Source of the DNA: the human T2T-CHM13v2.0 reference genome, Homo sapiens
DNA length: 64,000 bases
Assembly (NCBI RefSeq): GCF_009914755.1
Contig: NC_060925.1
Reading direction: 5' to 3' (one strand)
The position numbers and the translations under genes are program-made. Numbering within the stretch: position 1 is the first letter of the stretch; each line of letters opens with the position of its first letter. A model generated the notes under the pieces. The model ran no database searches and was not told where the DNA came from. It worked only from the letters and a program-made list of their open reading frames with translations. Below, piece after piece: positions 14,517-34,285 of the stretch.

Positions 14517-15396
14517 CTAAATAACTGGGCTTCCAGGAGAGCTTATGCCAGCGGCAGAGTATATTTTCTATTTTGACCAAACATTATTATGAGTATCTGG
14601 CTGAAGAGCAAACTGCTGGCATAACTACCTAATTCAGGACTTGAGAGAAGGAACTCTGGTGCTGGTCTCACACAGCCATCCATTCTGTTCACCCATTTAC
14701 TTAACAAACATTAATAAGTATTCCATTCAAGCCTTAAGCTGAATTCAGAAGCTACAAAGCAATGAGTAATGATCCCTGCTCACAAGTAGTGCTTAGTGGG
14801 AGAGACAAATGTGGAAATAAATAACAAACGTGATAATCCTTTAACAGAGATTTGTACAAAGTGCTATGGGGGACAGAGGACAAAGAAATGAACTCTATTT
14901 TCTAACCTAGTTTGGTTACAAAACCAGGAAGGTACTAACAGGAAAAATAATTCCCATGGATGCAAACACTGCCAGATAATGGAACACATCTTTTCAATCA
15001 CACAGATAAAAGATAGCCTAACCCTTATGGAGCAATATTCAAGTAATCGGGAAAAATGACTTATTAAACAAGTCATGGAATATAGAGCTCAAGAACAGGC
15101 ATTTATTTGGCACTGAATGTATAGTGGGCAGCTGCATCTGTGCTGAGTCCCTACAGACAACAAGCCCATGTTCCTGACTGGGAATGGCCACACCACAGGA
15201 GCCTAGAAACCTAAGGAAAGGAGGCAGGCCAAGCTCTGCTCAGCAGCCAGGCCTTGCTTCACTTCTGTGGTTTCTCAATTCTCTGCCAACCAAGTGTTTG
15301 TTTGCTTATTTAACTAATGGTTGCTTTTCTCATGAAGGTCTATTAGACTAGAGCTCCCTAATATTTTTCACCATTTGGCAGGCATAGCAATATTTG

Positions 15397-17850
<2,454 letters not shown>

Positions 17851-19973
17851 ACATTCAGTGCGACACTTTAAACACTTGTTTTCTCATCCACAAAATTGGG
17901 ATGGTACCAGGTATTAAGATAATACCGGAGAGCCAACTGGTAGGATAATTAGGATTTGAGAGAGCCAATATTGAATAAGTTAAAAACAAAAACCACAACC
18001 ACCAACTATTCATATTCAAGAAACAGAACAATGACTCAAAATTACTAGAAGTGAGGTCAGAGCTAATTCAGAAGATTGTTACAATGGGTCCATATCATCT
18101 CAGACTTGAAAAAGATCCTGTGTGAGGTCCGGGGTGCATTCCCCAGCATCTTCAAACAGCCGACATCTGTGACCAACCTGGGCAACAGAGTGAGACTCTG
18201 TCTCAAAAACAACAACAATGACAACAACAAAAAAAAACAGAAAAGAAAAAGATCCATATTAAACTGACTGGTTCCTGCCTCATTTTCTTCTAACCATCAA
18301 CATTTTGGACTACGAGGCAGAAAGCAGGCTTCCAGGGCTAACCCTGCCACTCATCTGTTGGGTAAACTTGGAAAAACACCTTCAGCAGTGACATGCTCTG
18401 TGAGGACGGGGGTCCTTCTCTCTGTGAGGAAGTCACACTAACCACCTACTTCCAAATGGAGGGAATGAATCTTCTCTCTTTCACCCTTTACAGCAATCCT
18501 GCTGTTTGTTCTTCAGAATCTCTCTGTTCTCTCCCACCCAACCTCAGTTAGAAATCTCCACCACATCATGTGGATCATAAACAGGCTCCTAGATGGTATC
18601 CTTATCTGTTTCTCCTTGCCGTAATTTACCTTGTACACCAGGACCAAGCTAATGTTCTTAGAATACTGTTTTTGCCACAATACCCAGTGGCTCAAGACTA
18701 TCTCATGAGTCCTGAACTCCGTCAAGTCTACCCTCTTTGGTTTGGCAGATCTCCCCAGTAAAGCTCTTCTCAACAGCATTCCTTCTACCTTCCTGCCCCC
18801 CAGACCACTGGGCAGACACGTCTGCTACTAGCCTCAGCGAAAGTCCAACCCATAATCATTCCGGCTTCTCCTCCCTTCTGGGAAAGGCTCTCTGAAATAC
18901 TCTTCATCGAGGAAGAGTTTAATGTTATCTCTATCCTAGGCAGCCTTTCTTCCCTGTCCCCAGGCTTTCTTCTTGGACTTCCTACTACACTGAACAGCCC
19001 AAGTTTCATATATGACTCTCTGAGGTCAGAGATGGGCATCACTATATGGTTATCCTAGAGCCTCTCGTGGTCCTCTGCTCCCAGGGTCTAGTACTGTGCT
19101 ATGCAGGAAGCAGGTACTCAGGAAGCTGGGCCCATAGAATCAAAGGTCTCCAGTATCACCTGATTCTGCTAATACGTGCTTAGTGCCTAAGAGACCCCAG
19201 GCCTAGTGATGTCTTTACTGTTAACCCTACTGCTTCTCGACCTACATCAACTTTGTCTACTCTGTGCCCAGTGGGGATACAAAGAAACAGAAGTTCCTGC
19301 ATTAAAGGAGCCTATGGAATAGCCGGAGACATGTAACCTGGACATTTGAAAAGAAAATGAATATAAGGTAGAGTCCACTGTATTTCATATCGCTTTCCAG
19401 GATAATAGTGCTAACCCTGTGCTGTCTATTCACATGTTTGTCTCTTCTTGAAGGTATGGACTACAAACACATGGAAAAGATGTTCAACCTCATTAGGAAA
19501 TCAAAGTAATAATGTCTGAAATAAGAAAACATTTTTTCCCTAATCCAAAAATTTACATGCATTATGATGGCCATAGTATCATTTTAACAGTGGCTAACTG
19601 GAAGAAACATAAATGTACAACAATAAGGAAATAAGTAAACAATGGTTAACCTACTGTGAAATATTACACAGCAATTAAAAGTAATGGTCATGGATGTCTG
19701 GTTCAAGATGGTTGGCTGACCACTTTCCTGAGACACCATTAAAATGACAAAGACATAAAAAAGCTACAGCCCACAATAAAGAAGGGAATGGAGGGTCCAT
19801 TTGCAGTTGAAAGCTTCTGTCATACTTCTGGAAGGCACAAAGCAGATGGCAGTGATTAGTGAAACAGGGTAGAGACAACTGTAGGCTAAAGCAGTGTTGG
19901 TCTGTCAGAACAAACGTGTCCAGAAGCAGAGGCATTTCTGTGTTCAATGCTATTACAGAGAAACAAACATGTT

Positions 19974-19976
<3 letters not shown>

Positions 19977-20020
<44 letters not shown>
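19977..20020. repeat. (AC)n microsatellite, ~22 units, intron 4
   Basis: Uninterrupted AC repeat. Confidence 0.95.
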
Positions 20021-20023
<3 letters not shown>

Positions 20024-20341
20024 GTGGCTGTACTATGAGCAAATTCTTCCTCCATTTTCTAAACTTTGTACAGATGGTTATATTATTTTTACAATAAAAA
20101 GTCTACAGCAAAGTATGGCAACTCCAGCTGAAATCAGATTTAAGGAGCACTAAAATGGAGGAGATACACATGTAAAGACATTAACATTTCTTAAGCACCT
20201 AATATAGGCAAGGCTTTGAACTATGCATTTTATGTTACCTAACACGTGAAATAGCTTCTCAAAGCAGGTGTTATCAACCCCCTTCTACATATAAGGAAAC
20301 AGCCTCAGAGAGGTTAAGAAATGTGCCTAGGGTCACAGTTA

Positions 20342-21045
<704 letters not shown>

Positions 21046-21158
21046 TCAATCCATGTTGAAATGGCACTAAGCTTCATGGCCGGGATTAGGCAAGAGCAAT
21101 TCTCAGAGTTTGAGAAAGCTCTGAGAAGCATGAAAAGGGACCTTCAAGGGACAAATAC

Positions 21159-21253
21159 CTTCCTGTGATTCTTCGGATCAGCAGAGAGTCTGGGATGCTG
21201 AATTCAATCACAGAATCAAGCTTCTCTTTCCTCTTCTCCATGAGGTCATCGAG
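21159..21253 (-). CDS. AK2: AK2 coding exon 4 (95 nt)
   Basis: Encodes [31 protein letters not shown](R); acceptor tttacag|, donor AAG|gtattt; preceded by a 131-nt intron. Confidence 0.97.
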
Positions 21254-21279
21254 CTGTAAAAGAATGTGTGGCCCACCTA

Positions 21280-21525
<246 letters not shown>

Positions 21526-22143
21526 TTAAATCCATTACCTAGGTGACTGACATTAGCCCAACTCCACAGCCAAAAGTTTGTGTATATAACCTTATTACTA
21601 AACAGCAAGTTTTCTTGGACCCAAAGAAGCAAAAATAAAAGCAAACGTGAAATGGCTCCATTTGGAAGATCCAGTTTCATAATTTTATCTCTGTGGTTGC
21701 CAAATACACACTCTCGTCTCTTGAAATTCTCCTGTATCCCAAAAATCTGGGTGAGGGAAGACAGATTCCATTACTTGTTACTTCACCAGGAGAGCTTTGT
21801 ATCTTAGGTCCTGAAGGTCCCTCCTGCCACTAGAGTCCAGAGTCCAAACTGTCAGATAACAGCTTATCAGCAATCAGTGATCCTCAAGGCACAGGAAATG
21901 TGAGGACAAATGGCTGACAGACCACCTGAGAGAGTGCCAGGAGAGAATGGGGTTGACCAAAACACAGGCATCAGCTTTCCCTGTTCCACAGCTGTCATTA
22001 GGCTAACAGTAACGTGACTGATGTGTGTACTTGGTTACACATCTGGGCCATCCTGGACATGAGGAAACAGAGAAGTTCACTGAATTGGCAAGATTGGGTC
22101 AGAACCAAGGAACTGAAGAGCCAAGCCAACACTCTTCCCTCAC

Positions 22144-22450
<307 letters not shown>

Positions 22451-23193
22451 AAGCCAATATACTTCTGAGTCTCTCTAAAACCCCAATAAGGACTTCTCCC
22501 AGTTTTCAGAAACTGGTTTTTCTCTTGGGCTGTTATAGAAAGAAAAGTCTCCAGCCTGTAGTGAAGCCTGCCCATCTTGGCAGCTAATGCTTTTATTTCT
22601 TGGTGCTAACTGTGAACTTGGGGACAAAGTACACACTCTGCAACTAAGTGAAGGTTGGAGATAAGCAATCTCATTGCCACATCTCAATTTTTTCTTAGTA
22701 CAGAGTCTTCTGTCAAAACTCAAAGTCCAAAATATCTAGCTTTCTGGTTTGACTCAGAGATTCAATTACATGAAGGGAAAACTAGATAGAAATGGGCAGG
22801 CAGAGGTATCATTTGATACAGCTACAGAATCTCAAAGCCTAACAGAAGGTAACTTGAGGATTAAAGCAAAGTCCAGCTCCTTCCCCAACCAACATTCTAA
22901 GATAAAAAAAGACCAGAAGACCAAGCACAAAATGACTTCTGAAGGTGATTCTCAGAGGCCAAGTTCCAGAATAACTCAGTTATAATTAATCTAGCAATCT
23001 TTGATTAGTGCCAGAAAATAATAGATTGTATTTGTCCAATCAGGTCAACTGGCCTAAAGAAGGAGAAAATGTGGCTGGGCATGGCAGCTCACACCTGTAA
23101 TCCCAGCACTTAGAGAGGCTGGGGCAGGAGGACTGCTCCTGGGTTTAGCTCAGTTCAAAACCAGTGTGGGCAACACAGTGAGACTCCATCTCT

Positions 23194-23227
<34 letters not shown>

Positions 23228-23228
23228 A
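23194..23228. repeat. (AAC)n microsatellite expanded from an Alu central linker
   Basis: ~11 AAC units between the arms of an AluJ. Confidence 0.9.
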
Positions 23229-23667
23229 AGTAGCAGGGCATGGAGGTGTGTGCCTGTAACCCTAGCTACTCATCAGGCCGAAGTGGGAGGATCACTTGAG
23301 CCCAGGAGGTCGAGGCTGTAGTAAGCCATGATTGCACCACTGCACACCAGCCTGGGTCTCAGAACAAAAAAAAAGAGAGAAAATGCAATTATCGTCCCCA
23401 GATAAGAAGGATTACCTTTGTCACAACTGCGAAGTAATTGCTTTGTTACAGAAACAGCACACAGAGCCATAAAGCAGGTTAAAAAACACTTCTGTGACTT
23501 CCTAAATCCTCTCTTGAATACATCTCTGAGTTCTGGCCTAGGGACAGCAGTTTCATTTCTGGCTCTAAAATTTAGGTATATAACAAAACACACCAGCACA
23601 GAAAAACTTCAAGAATACTATGAATGAGTGCCATAAATTCAGAACAAACAAAATAACTTGCACTCTA

Positions 23668-23983
<316 letters not shown>

Positions 23984-24011
23984 CTATAATCTGCCAGTTT
24001 GTTAAAACACC

Positions 24012-24192
24012 CTCTAGCACATGGTTGTTCAACAGAATTTTGTTTGATGATGGAAAGTTCTGTATCAGCGTTGGCTGGTAAATACTTGAAATATGGCTAG
24101 TGCAACTGAGGAACTGATTTTTACATTAATTAAATTAATCTAAATAGCCACCTGTGGCTGGTGGCTACCATATTGGACAGTGCAGATCTAGA
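24012..24192. mobile_element. MER3-like hAT element just downstream of the exon 2 donor
   Basis: gtgcaactgaggaactga...aatagccacctgtggctggtggctaccatattggacagtgcag is typical MER3 sequence. Confidence 0.7.
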
Positions 24193-24233
24193 TTCTGAGG
24201 AATATCAACACTCATTGGTACCACCAAACCTAC

Positions 24234-24359
24234 CAGTTTCCCAGCATCCATAGTTGCCTTCAGCTTTTTTCCTAGCTCTGAGCCAGAAGCCACCATGGCC
24301 CTCAGCATGTCCCCAGTAGCTAAATGGCAGACACAGAAGTTTTCAGCCAATCTGGGTGC
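24234..24359 (-). CDS. AK2: AK2 coding exon 2 (126 nt, aa 32-73)
   Basis: Encodes [42 protein letters not shown]; acceptor ctctctgtag| and donor |gtaggt. Confidence 0.98.
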
Positions 24360-26296
24360 CTACAGAGAGGAAGACAAAAACCAAGATTCAATTACATTAC
24401 AGGCTGTGGAGTCAGACTGCCTAGGTGTGAACCTGGCCCTGCCACTTACTGGCTATGTAAACATGGGCAAATGCCTACTTCCTTACCTGTAATGGGGATA
24501 AAAGTACCTTATATTACATTCTAACATATACTGATTATAGGGTTATGGTAAGAATTACATGAAATAATATATGTAAAGCACTTAAAACAGTACAACTAGC
24601 ACACAGGAAGGAGTCATAAATATTAATTATCACTATTTCCACTCAACACACTAGTGACACATAAGTTTCAGTTTCCCCATTATAAATGGGAAGACTTGCT
24701 GGGCATGGTGGCTCACGCCTATAACCCCAGCACTTTGGGAGGCTGAGGTGGGCGGATCACGAGGTCAGAAGTTCGAGACCAGCCTGACCAACATGGGGAA
24801 ACCCCGTCTCTACTAAAAATACAAAAATTAGCTGGGTGTGGTGGCGCTTGCCTGGAATTGCAGCTACTCAGGAGGCTGAGGTAGGAGAATTATTTGAATC
24901 TGGTAGGCAGAGGCTGCAGTGAGCTGAGATTGCACCACAGCACTCCAGCTCCAGCCTGGGTGACAGTGAGACTTCGTCTCAAAAAAAAAAAAAAAAAAAA
25001 AAGAGAATAAAAATAGTACCAACACTTCACATGGTTGCTGTGAGGTTTAAATGAGATCATGTATATAATGCACTTGGTACAACACCTGGCACATAACATG
25101 TGCTGAATAAACATTTGCCAAAGGGATGAATGTACAATTGTCATGTACTACAGCTACTGGGTCAGGGAGGCAACTAGGAGCAGTTTGCCCCCAGGCAGAA
25201 CTGGGTTTTCCTCCTTCCCTGTCACTAAGTAGCTGTACTATGGTGGCCACCTCACTTTTCAGTTTCCTTATCTGTTTAAAATGAAGGCAAAAAAGGCTCC
25301 ATCTCAGAAGGTAGCTGTGAGGATTAGCTGAGATATATACAAAGAGCACTTGGCAAATAATAAGCACTTACATACTAGTTTTAGGAGGCATTATAGTGTT
25401 TTGGTCAAGAGCACAGGCTTGAGAGTTAAACTGCTGGTTTGCAGACTCCAGGTCCACTAACCATTATGTAAAATTGACTTAAGATGTCACTTCACCTTTC
25501 TAGGTTTCAAATTTCCTCTAAGTAAAATGGAGATGGTAATAGTATCTGTATCACTGGGTTGATGAGAAGATTATACAGAATTCAGTATATGCAGGCCCTG
25601 GCATATAGTAAGCGCTCAGTGGGCACTGGCTGTTACCATAACCCCTGTCCTAATCCTATATTCATTCATACAAAAAGAAAACATTTACTAATGCCTTTCC
25701 CAAGAACCCTGTCGGGAGCCTGGGAAACAGATGAATAAAAGGCATAGACTATGTACTTAAAGAGCTTATATTTGGTGAATTATACATGAGAATGCAGAAT
25801 TAGAACAGGAAGAGACCCTAGACAGCTCAACACTGGCTTTGCAGTGGGAAAAAAAGAATGCAGAATTTACAAGGAATATAATCAGTTCAAGGAGCTCAAT
25901 TTTAGCTTTTTCCGTTCAATTGTTTTATAAACTAAGCAGGTTTAGATCCCGATTCCAACAAATCAGTTCACTGGGAGTTTTCTTTTCTTTCTTTCTTTCT
26001 TTTTTTTTGAGACAGAGTCTCACTCTATCACCCAGGCTGGAGTGCAGTGGCACGATCACGGCTCACTGCAGCCACGAACTCCCTGGGCTCAGGTGATTCT
26101 CCTGCCTCAGCCTCCCAGTAGCTGGGATTGCAGGCACAAGCCACGTGCCTGGCTAATTTTTATGTAATTGGGAGTTTTCTTAGGTGCATGCTTAGGTGCA
26201 CACAATAAAAGGTACATAGATAGGGCTGGTTTGTGATTCATGGACCAATTCAGTTAAAGCAAAGAAATGACTTCATAGCAAAATGGAATCTAGTGA

Positions 26297-26395
<99 letters not shown>

Positions 26396-26437
26396 TGAGA
26401 CCATCCTGGCCAACATGGTGAAACCCCGTCTCTACTA

Positions 26438-26901
<464 letters not shown>

Positions 26902-27954
26902 TCAAACAAACAAACAAACCCAAAAAACCAAAATTCTGTACTTTGCAAAATCAGTGAATGTCAGGAGCCCTGACAATGAAAAACCAGGCTGGCACTGTGG
27001 CCGTACATCTAGAGAGTGCTTTCTGCCAATCTTTCTCATTGCTGTTGAAATTAACCTGGGTAAACAATTTGGAGGTCAGGCTTGCTCAAGTGGAAAGGCT
27101 GACCAAAACACCACAGAGAAGAGCTGTTAGCACAGAACCTGTTCTATTTTTATCACTCCCAAACTGCAGGACTCTTATGCACTGTTCCAGGTGATTGGAT
27201 TCTACAGCTAGATGAAAGAACACACACCAATAGGGAAGAAAACTAATTCCTGGCTGGGTATGGTGGCTCACGCCTGTAATCCCAGAACTTTGGGAGGCTA
27301 AGGCGGGTGGATCACGAGGTCAGGAGTTCAAGACTTCAAGACCAGCCTGGCCAAGATGGTGAAACCCCGTCTCTACTAAAAATACAAAAATTAGCCAGGC
27401 GTGGTGGTGGGTGCTTGTAATCCCAGCTACTCAGGAGGCTGTGGCAGAGAACTGCTTGAACCCGTGAGGTGGAGGTTGCAGTGAGCGGAGATCGCGCCAC
27501 TGTACTCCAGCCTGGGTGACAGAGCAAGACTCTTGTCTCAAAAAAAAAAAAAAAAAGAAAAAGAAAAAAAGAAAACGAATTCCTTCATTTCCTGCTGGCT
27601 GCCTGGGAGTCAATGTGGTAGGCTGTAAAGAGCACGCATGGGTTTTGAAGTCAGACAGATTTACACTTGATTCCTAGCTAAGGCACTCAGTAGCCGTGTG
27701 ATCTTGGGCTAAGTACTTAACTTCTCAGAGTGTCAGTTTCCTCATCAGTTTAATGGGGATAATGACTACTTCACAGGGTTCTTATGAGGATAAATGAAAT
27801 AAAGTACCAAAAACATCAGACACGCAGCAGGCATTCAATAAATAAAAGGCTTCCTTCCATGGTCTTTCTTCTTTGCATTAGTCTTTATTTACAGGCTGCA
27901 GAAACCTAATGAAATAACTTTATTATAGTCCCCTCACACTTCAAACTTATGCTT

Positions 27955-28415
<461 letters not shown>

Positions 28416-29023
28416 GGTCTGAAGCCCACACTCAGTCATAGTCTGTTGCTGTCAGCCAAAAACTGTTGCTGAGCCCAAGAAACAGGCTCATCACCTCTAT
28501 GAAAACTCTGTGGGGTGGAGGACTCTGGGGTAATTATGGGAATGCTAAAACCACTAGAGAGACAGCATGGTGGGCTGAGTGGTTCTCAAATTTCAGTGTA
28601 TTATCAATCATCTAGGGCATTTCCTAGGCCCACCTTTAAAGTTTATGATTGAGTGGCTCTCAAGCAGCACCTCAGGTTCTGATGGGTACAGTATGTGAAG
28701 CCCTGATGTAGTGGCAGAGACTGGGTTTTGTAGTGGTATAGATCTGGGTTAGGAAACGGGCTCTACCGTTTATTCACTGTGTCATCCTGAACAAATTACA
28801 TTACCTTTTCTAAGGTCTCGTTTTCTTTATCCATAGAACAGAAAACAGTGTCTATCTGCTGAACTGTTGTGGGGATTTAATAAGATTACGTATGCAAAGA
28901 CATCCAGCATAGGGCCTGACAACTAGGAAATAAAGGGAAACTATCAGTCCTAGAGATTTGGTTTAATCCCAAATTCACCAGTCTTCTCACCTTGTAACCA
29001 TCATCTTCTTCTTATGTTTTTTT

Positions 29024-29634
<611 letters not shown>

Positions 29635-30096
29635 ACAATTACCTTTGTGCCTCCAGTCTTTGTCACTCCTGCTGTCAATGTTCCTACACATGCAGCTAGA
29701 ATCATATCTTAAAACACTGTTGGATATGCTACCTACCCTCCAAAACATACACATTCCGAAGCCTTCAACATCTCTGTGGTACAATAGAGGAAGAGTCCAA
29801 ATATCTTAGCCTGGCACTCAGCTGCCCTCCACAATCAACTTCTAAAACCTGCCAAGCCCTCCCAACTTACTTCCACAAGTGCCCTGTGTTTACGTCCTGC
29901 ACCACTGCAGACAAACTGCTCTTACGCATGGTTCCCAAATACGCGGCATAAATGCCTCTCCAAGGACCTCAACACAAGCTCCTCACTCCACAGGAATGCC
30001 CTCTCTGCTCCAATATTGGTCTAAGCCTTTTCTGTAGTATACTTCTGAGTACATTTCTCCCATCAAAAGCCTAACTGGGCTGGAAGCAGTGGCTCA

Positions 30097-30345
<249 letters not shown>

Positions 30346-33300
30346 CTAAAACAAAAACACCTCCCCAACTACCCCTTCTTCCGCTGAGGATTCATATTAA
30401 CATTAGCTAACTTTGAGCATGTGCATCATGCCAAGCAGTTTTCCATGCATTGTTTTACGGTACTTAGTATGTATAATACATAATAAACCCATGAGGTAGG
30501 AACTATTTTTAACTGCATTTTACAGATGAAACTCAGGGGCTAAGTTGCCCAAGATCACAGAGCTAGTAAAAGAACTGGCAACAGGCCAGATTACCAAGCC
30601 CTAGCTCTTAGCCATGACACTATAAGGCTTTAAGACAAACAACCCAAAGAGCCTTAGTGGCTATCCTCCTGGAAGGGAGCACAAGGAGGATTTCAAAGTG
30701 CTGGCAATATTCTGTTTCTTGATAATGGGTGTAAGCTACACAAATCTGTTCACATTGTAAAATAAATCAAGCTGTTCACTTTTTCTAGGTATCTTATAGC
30801 TTAAGTTGTTTTTTTTTTAATCACAGAAACCTGTGTTTGCATTTCAGATGTCTCTTAACTTACTGAGGAAATCATTACCAACCTCACTGGGTGGACAGGA
30901 GGATGAACAGGAGAACTTCAGCAAATTGTAGTTCTTGTTCTATCCCTGAACTAACCCAACATTCAAAGTCACTCATCTGATGCTTCCCACCTGGCACCCT
31001 GCACTTGTATGTATTTTTCCATTCATATTCATTTCTGCCTCTTCATCTAGATTACACAGCAACAATGTAAATTAATGACTACTCAAGAGTCAGACAGACA
31101 TGAGTTCAAATCCTACCTTTGCTACTTACTACATGTGTGTCCTGAGGCAAGATAAAGCCTCTGAGCTCAGTTTCTCTGTCAGTAAAAAGGACCTATCTCC
31201 TAGTGTTATAGGATTAAATCAGATGATACATGTAAAATCTTTAGCTTGGGGGTCTGTCACATAACTGAGCAATGGGTGACTATGTTGTAATTATTACACC
31301 CTCCTGACATGCACACGGTAGGAGAAAAATCTAACCTGGGGCAGTAGATAGCAGCAGAAAGAGCAGGAGCTTTGGAGTCATTCAGATGCAAGCTCTGTAA
31401 ATTACTTGCTATGTAGCCTAGAGAACAAGCCATTCAAACTTCAGTTTCTCCAACTGTAAAAGGGGAAATAAGAGTGTGGGTCTCAGAGATGTTGCAAGTA
31501 TCACTGCAATGACATAACTGATGCATCTGACCCATAAGACTGCCTAAGCGTGCCTGGCCTCGAAGAATTGGGCATAAGTTTGACACATGGAAGAAATGAG
31601 GAGGGGTTGGCAAAAAAACCAAGAAACATACCTTTGGTTTTGACCACACCGAAGGAGCATCCAACCCCAAAAGGGAGGCAAGGAAATAAAGTTATTTAAA
31701 TAAAATAACAAACCCAGGTATTATAGATGTTTTAAAACATTACATTGATGCAAAAGCGAGTAGTTTTGAAATATTTAACTACTTTAGTTAAAAGTGAGGA
31801 GTTTTAAAAGGAAACATTATTTCAGTCATGCAACATAAAGCACATAAAATACTGAGTTACGCAGGTATAACAAAGTATAGCAGGAAGAAAACAAACATTA
31901 CTGAGCAGGCACTAGGCACTAACCCCAGGTTAGGGATTTTACATGTAAGATTGCAAACATCTGCCAGTGGGAGCCAAGCAGGCAATGCAACTGTATGAAA
32001 TGAGTCAAATGTAAGCAATGGGCAGTGAAGAGGACCGTGCAGGGGACAGGAAGACACACAGACCATCCAAAGCAGCAATGCCACACAACTGCAAGTGACT
32101 GCTGCCACACTGGAATGGAGGCATCACTGCCAGGTCTTCTGGTTTCTCAAGAGAAACTGGAGCTCTGGATTTTTAAGAGAAATTGCATAACCGAAAACGC
32201 TCTGTGGTCAACCTACTATTTTGAAAGCTGACAAAGAGAATAAATCAAGCATTTATCCTGACTTTTCTATACCAACCATATCACGGGGTAACGAAACAGT
32301 AGATGAGGGGAAGTTTCTCTTTATAGAAATATTTCAGCTAATAAATGACCAGGGAACAATATAATTAGAATACCACCATTTCACCATCCATAACGAATTA
32401 CTGAACCTAGACACTGAACAGCATGACTATAAACACCAGAGACAAGGAAATACCATGTGCCTCCTCAGGGAGAGCACAGCACCCACCACCTGTGAAGTAG
32501 TTGGGCCAAAAAATTGAACCTAAATTGAATTAAGTATATACTAATTAAGTATAAACCACCAATTTACAGGAAATAGAGAGGGCAGAGGAAGATGTTAAGT
32601 ACACCAGGGGAATACAACTGAAAATTCCCAGAGAGTGGTATAATACTCCCAGGAAAAATAATCCAATTTCTGGGGCTGGACATGATGGCTCACGGCTATA
32701 ATCCCAACACTTTGGGAGGCCAAGGTGGGCGGATCATGAGGTCAGGAGATCGAGACCATCCTGGCTAACACAGTGAAACCCCGTCTCTACTAAAGATACA
32801 AAAAATTAGCCGGGTGTGGTGGCAGGCACCTGTAGTCCCAGCTACTCGGGAGACTGAGGCAGAATGGCGTGAATCCGGGAAGCAGAGCTTGCAGTGAGCC
32901 AAGATCACACCACTGCACTCCAGCCTGGGCAACAGAGCGAGACTCTGTCTCAAAAAAAAAAAAAAGAAAAGAAAAATAATCCAATTTCTTCGGCAAAACC
33001 CCAGGAAAAAAAGAGAAGGGGAACTTATAAATTAAAAGAAAGGATGGGCACAGTGGCACATGCCTGTAGTCCCAGCTACTTGGGTGGCTGAGGGAGGAGC
33101 CCGGTAGTTCAAGACCAGCCTGAGCAACATGGCAGGACCCCCATCTTTAAAACACTAGAAAAGTTAGCCAGGCATGGTGGCATGCACCTGTAATCCCAGC
33201 TATTCAGGAAGCTGAGGTGGGAGGACTGAGGCTGCCGTGAGCTATGATTGGGCTACTACACTCCAGCTTGGGCAACTGAGCAAGACTTTGTCTGTAAAAA

Positions 33301-34239
33301 AATAAATAAATAAAAGAAACTTAAAATTATCACATTGGTAACACAAAAGAAAATTTGAATAAAAATTGTTGATTTTTTAAAGGATATTATGCTTATGTTT
33401 TTAAAAATTATCTTTTAGCAATACATACTAATATTATTTACAAATGAAATGTTATGATGCCTGGGAGGTGCTTTATAATAATTTGTGAAGGGAGAATGGC
33501 TAGAGGAGCGAAGGCCACCAGTTAATGGTTGGGGCTGGGTAAGGGCTCATTATGCCATCCTGTCTTCTTTTGTGTATTCAAAATTCTTCATAATAAAAAG
33601 TTAAGGTGTATGAGATGTCTCTGCAGGCTAAATGTTATTGTAGGCTACCATTTGTAAAGTCTGATTTAAGATCTTTTTTTTTTGAGACAAAGTCTCACTC
33701 TGTTGCCCAGGCTGGGGCGCAATGGTGAGATCCCAGCTCACTACAAACTCTGCCTCCAAGGCTCAAGTGATCCTCCCACCTCAGCCTCCTGAATAGCTGG
33801 GACTACAGGCACACACCACCATGCCTGGCTAATTTTTGCATTTTTTTGTAGAGATGGGGTTTCGCCATGTTGCCCAGGCTTGAACTTTTTTTTAAACTCC
33901 ACAAAAATACATACAATCACCAGTATTCCTATTGTTACAACTCTGGAAAGTGTACAGAGGTTAAATGACTTGTGTAAATCTTATCCTTTCAACTCCCAGC
34001 TCTAATCACATCTCCTCTATTTCTACAAAGCCTTCTCTGACCAACTCTCATCTTCATGCACCCTTATCAATCAACTCATTAGTATAATGTTCTTCTAAAC
34101 TTCCTGAATAAATCATGTCTTACACTGAAACATCCAAGTTGAAGGAGGGGAAGGGAGATGTGTTACTAAGATAAAAGGGAGTCAAAATTTATTGAGTACC
34201 TACTATATAGCAGGCTGTCATCTAGGTTGTGGGTGCTTG

Positions 34240-34241
<2 letters not shown>

Positions 34242-34280
<39 letters not shown>
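34242..34280. repeat. (AC)n microsatellite, intron 1
   Basis: Uninterrupted AC repeat. Confidence 0.95.

Positions 34281-34285
<5 letters not shown>

Noticed and set aside
31620-31680. Strong minus-strand donor-like AAAG|gtatgt in intron 1 (possible cryptic exon)
   Set aside because: I could not identify a convincing matching acceptor from sequence alone
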